Source of the DNA: Klebsormidium nitens
Lineage: Eukaryota; Plantae; Klebsormidiophyceae
Length of the DNA stretch: 64,000 nt
NCBI GenBank assembly: GCA_000708835.1
Contig: DF237381.1
Location: forward strand, 14,945 to 78,944
Direction: 5' to 3'
The first letter of the stretch is position 1; each line of letters opens with the position of its first letter. Positions 63,716 through 64,000 of this stretch are shown piece by piece. The translations under genes were made by a program, and so were the position numbers. Below the pieces are notes generated by a model. The model was not told the origin of the DNA and did not search any database. It saw only the letters and a list, made by a program, of their open reading frames with translations.

Positions 63716-64000
63716 TCTACGTTTCTGTACGTGCCTACATCACCTTGCATGGTCCTATTGGCCTTTGAGCACTCCCTTGTTACCGTGACGTCACGCGGTC
63801 GCGAGAGCGCGGGCGCCGAAGCGGCTTAGGCCGCGCCTCAAATGAATGATGCCATGACTAACTAGCTGTCACGCGAGCGCGCGCGTTCGGTCACGGCGGA
63901 CCTGCACGTCGGAGGTCATACCTGGTTCAGAATCACAGTGCACACACACAAGAACTTGAAGTTGCACTGGCAGACGTAGACCTGTCCTACGGTGTCCTAG

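Overview
Intron-rich eukaryotic nuclear DNA with plant-type genes and GT-AG introns; it most resembles a streptophyte alga such as Klebsormidium (inference, not a database match). I assembled seven or eight spliced genes by hand from splice sites and codon phases. In order they are: the 3' part of an SLT1-like HSP20-fold gene (+), a 4-EF-hand calmodulin-like gene (-), a 5-exon DUF900-type alpha/beta hydrolase (-), a 5-exon two-transmembrane protein with DEG/ENaC-like motif placement (+), an 11-exon plastid-type LETM1-domain gene (-), a ~23 kb SEN1/senataxin-like helicase with two C-terminal CCCH fingers (+), an RLK/Pelle kinase domain (-), and a secreted or ectodomain gene built from two copies of an unrecognised three-exon module (-). 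The last two may be one gene. The most striking non-coding pattern is that many introns are filled with tandem, progressively decayed copies of the adjacent splice junction (decoy acceptor or donor arrays). There are two small insertion elements: a 273-bp TG...CA element with a 5-bp TSD, an 82-bp palindrome and a tRNA-derived Pol III head, and a 198-bp MITE with an 11-bp TSD and a telomere-like G-rich core. All homology calls rest on motif recognition from memory; no searches were run.
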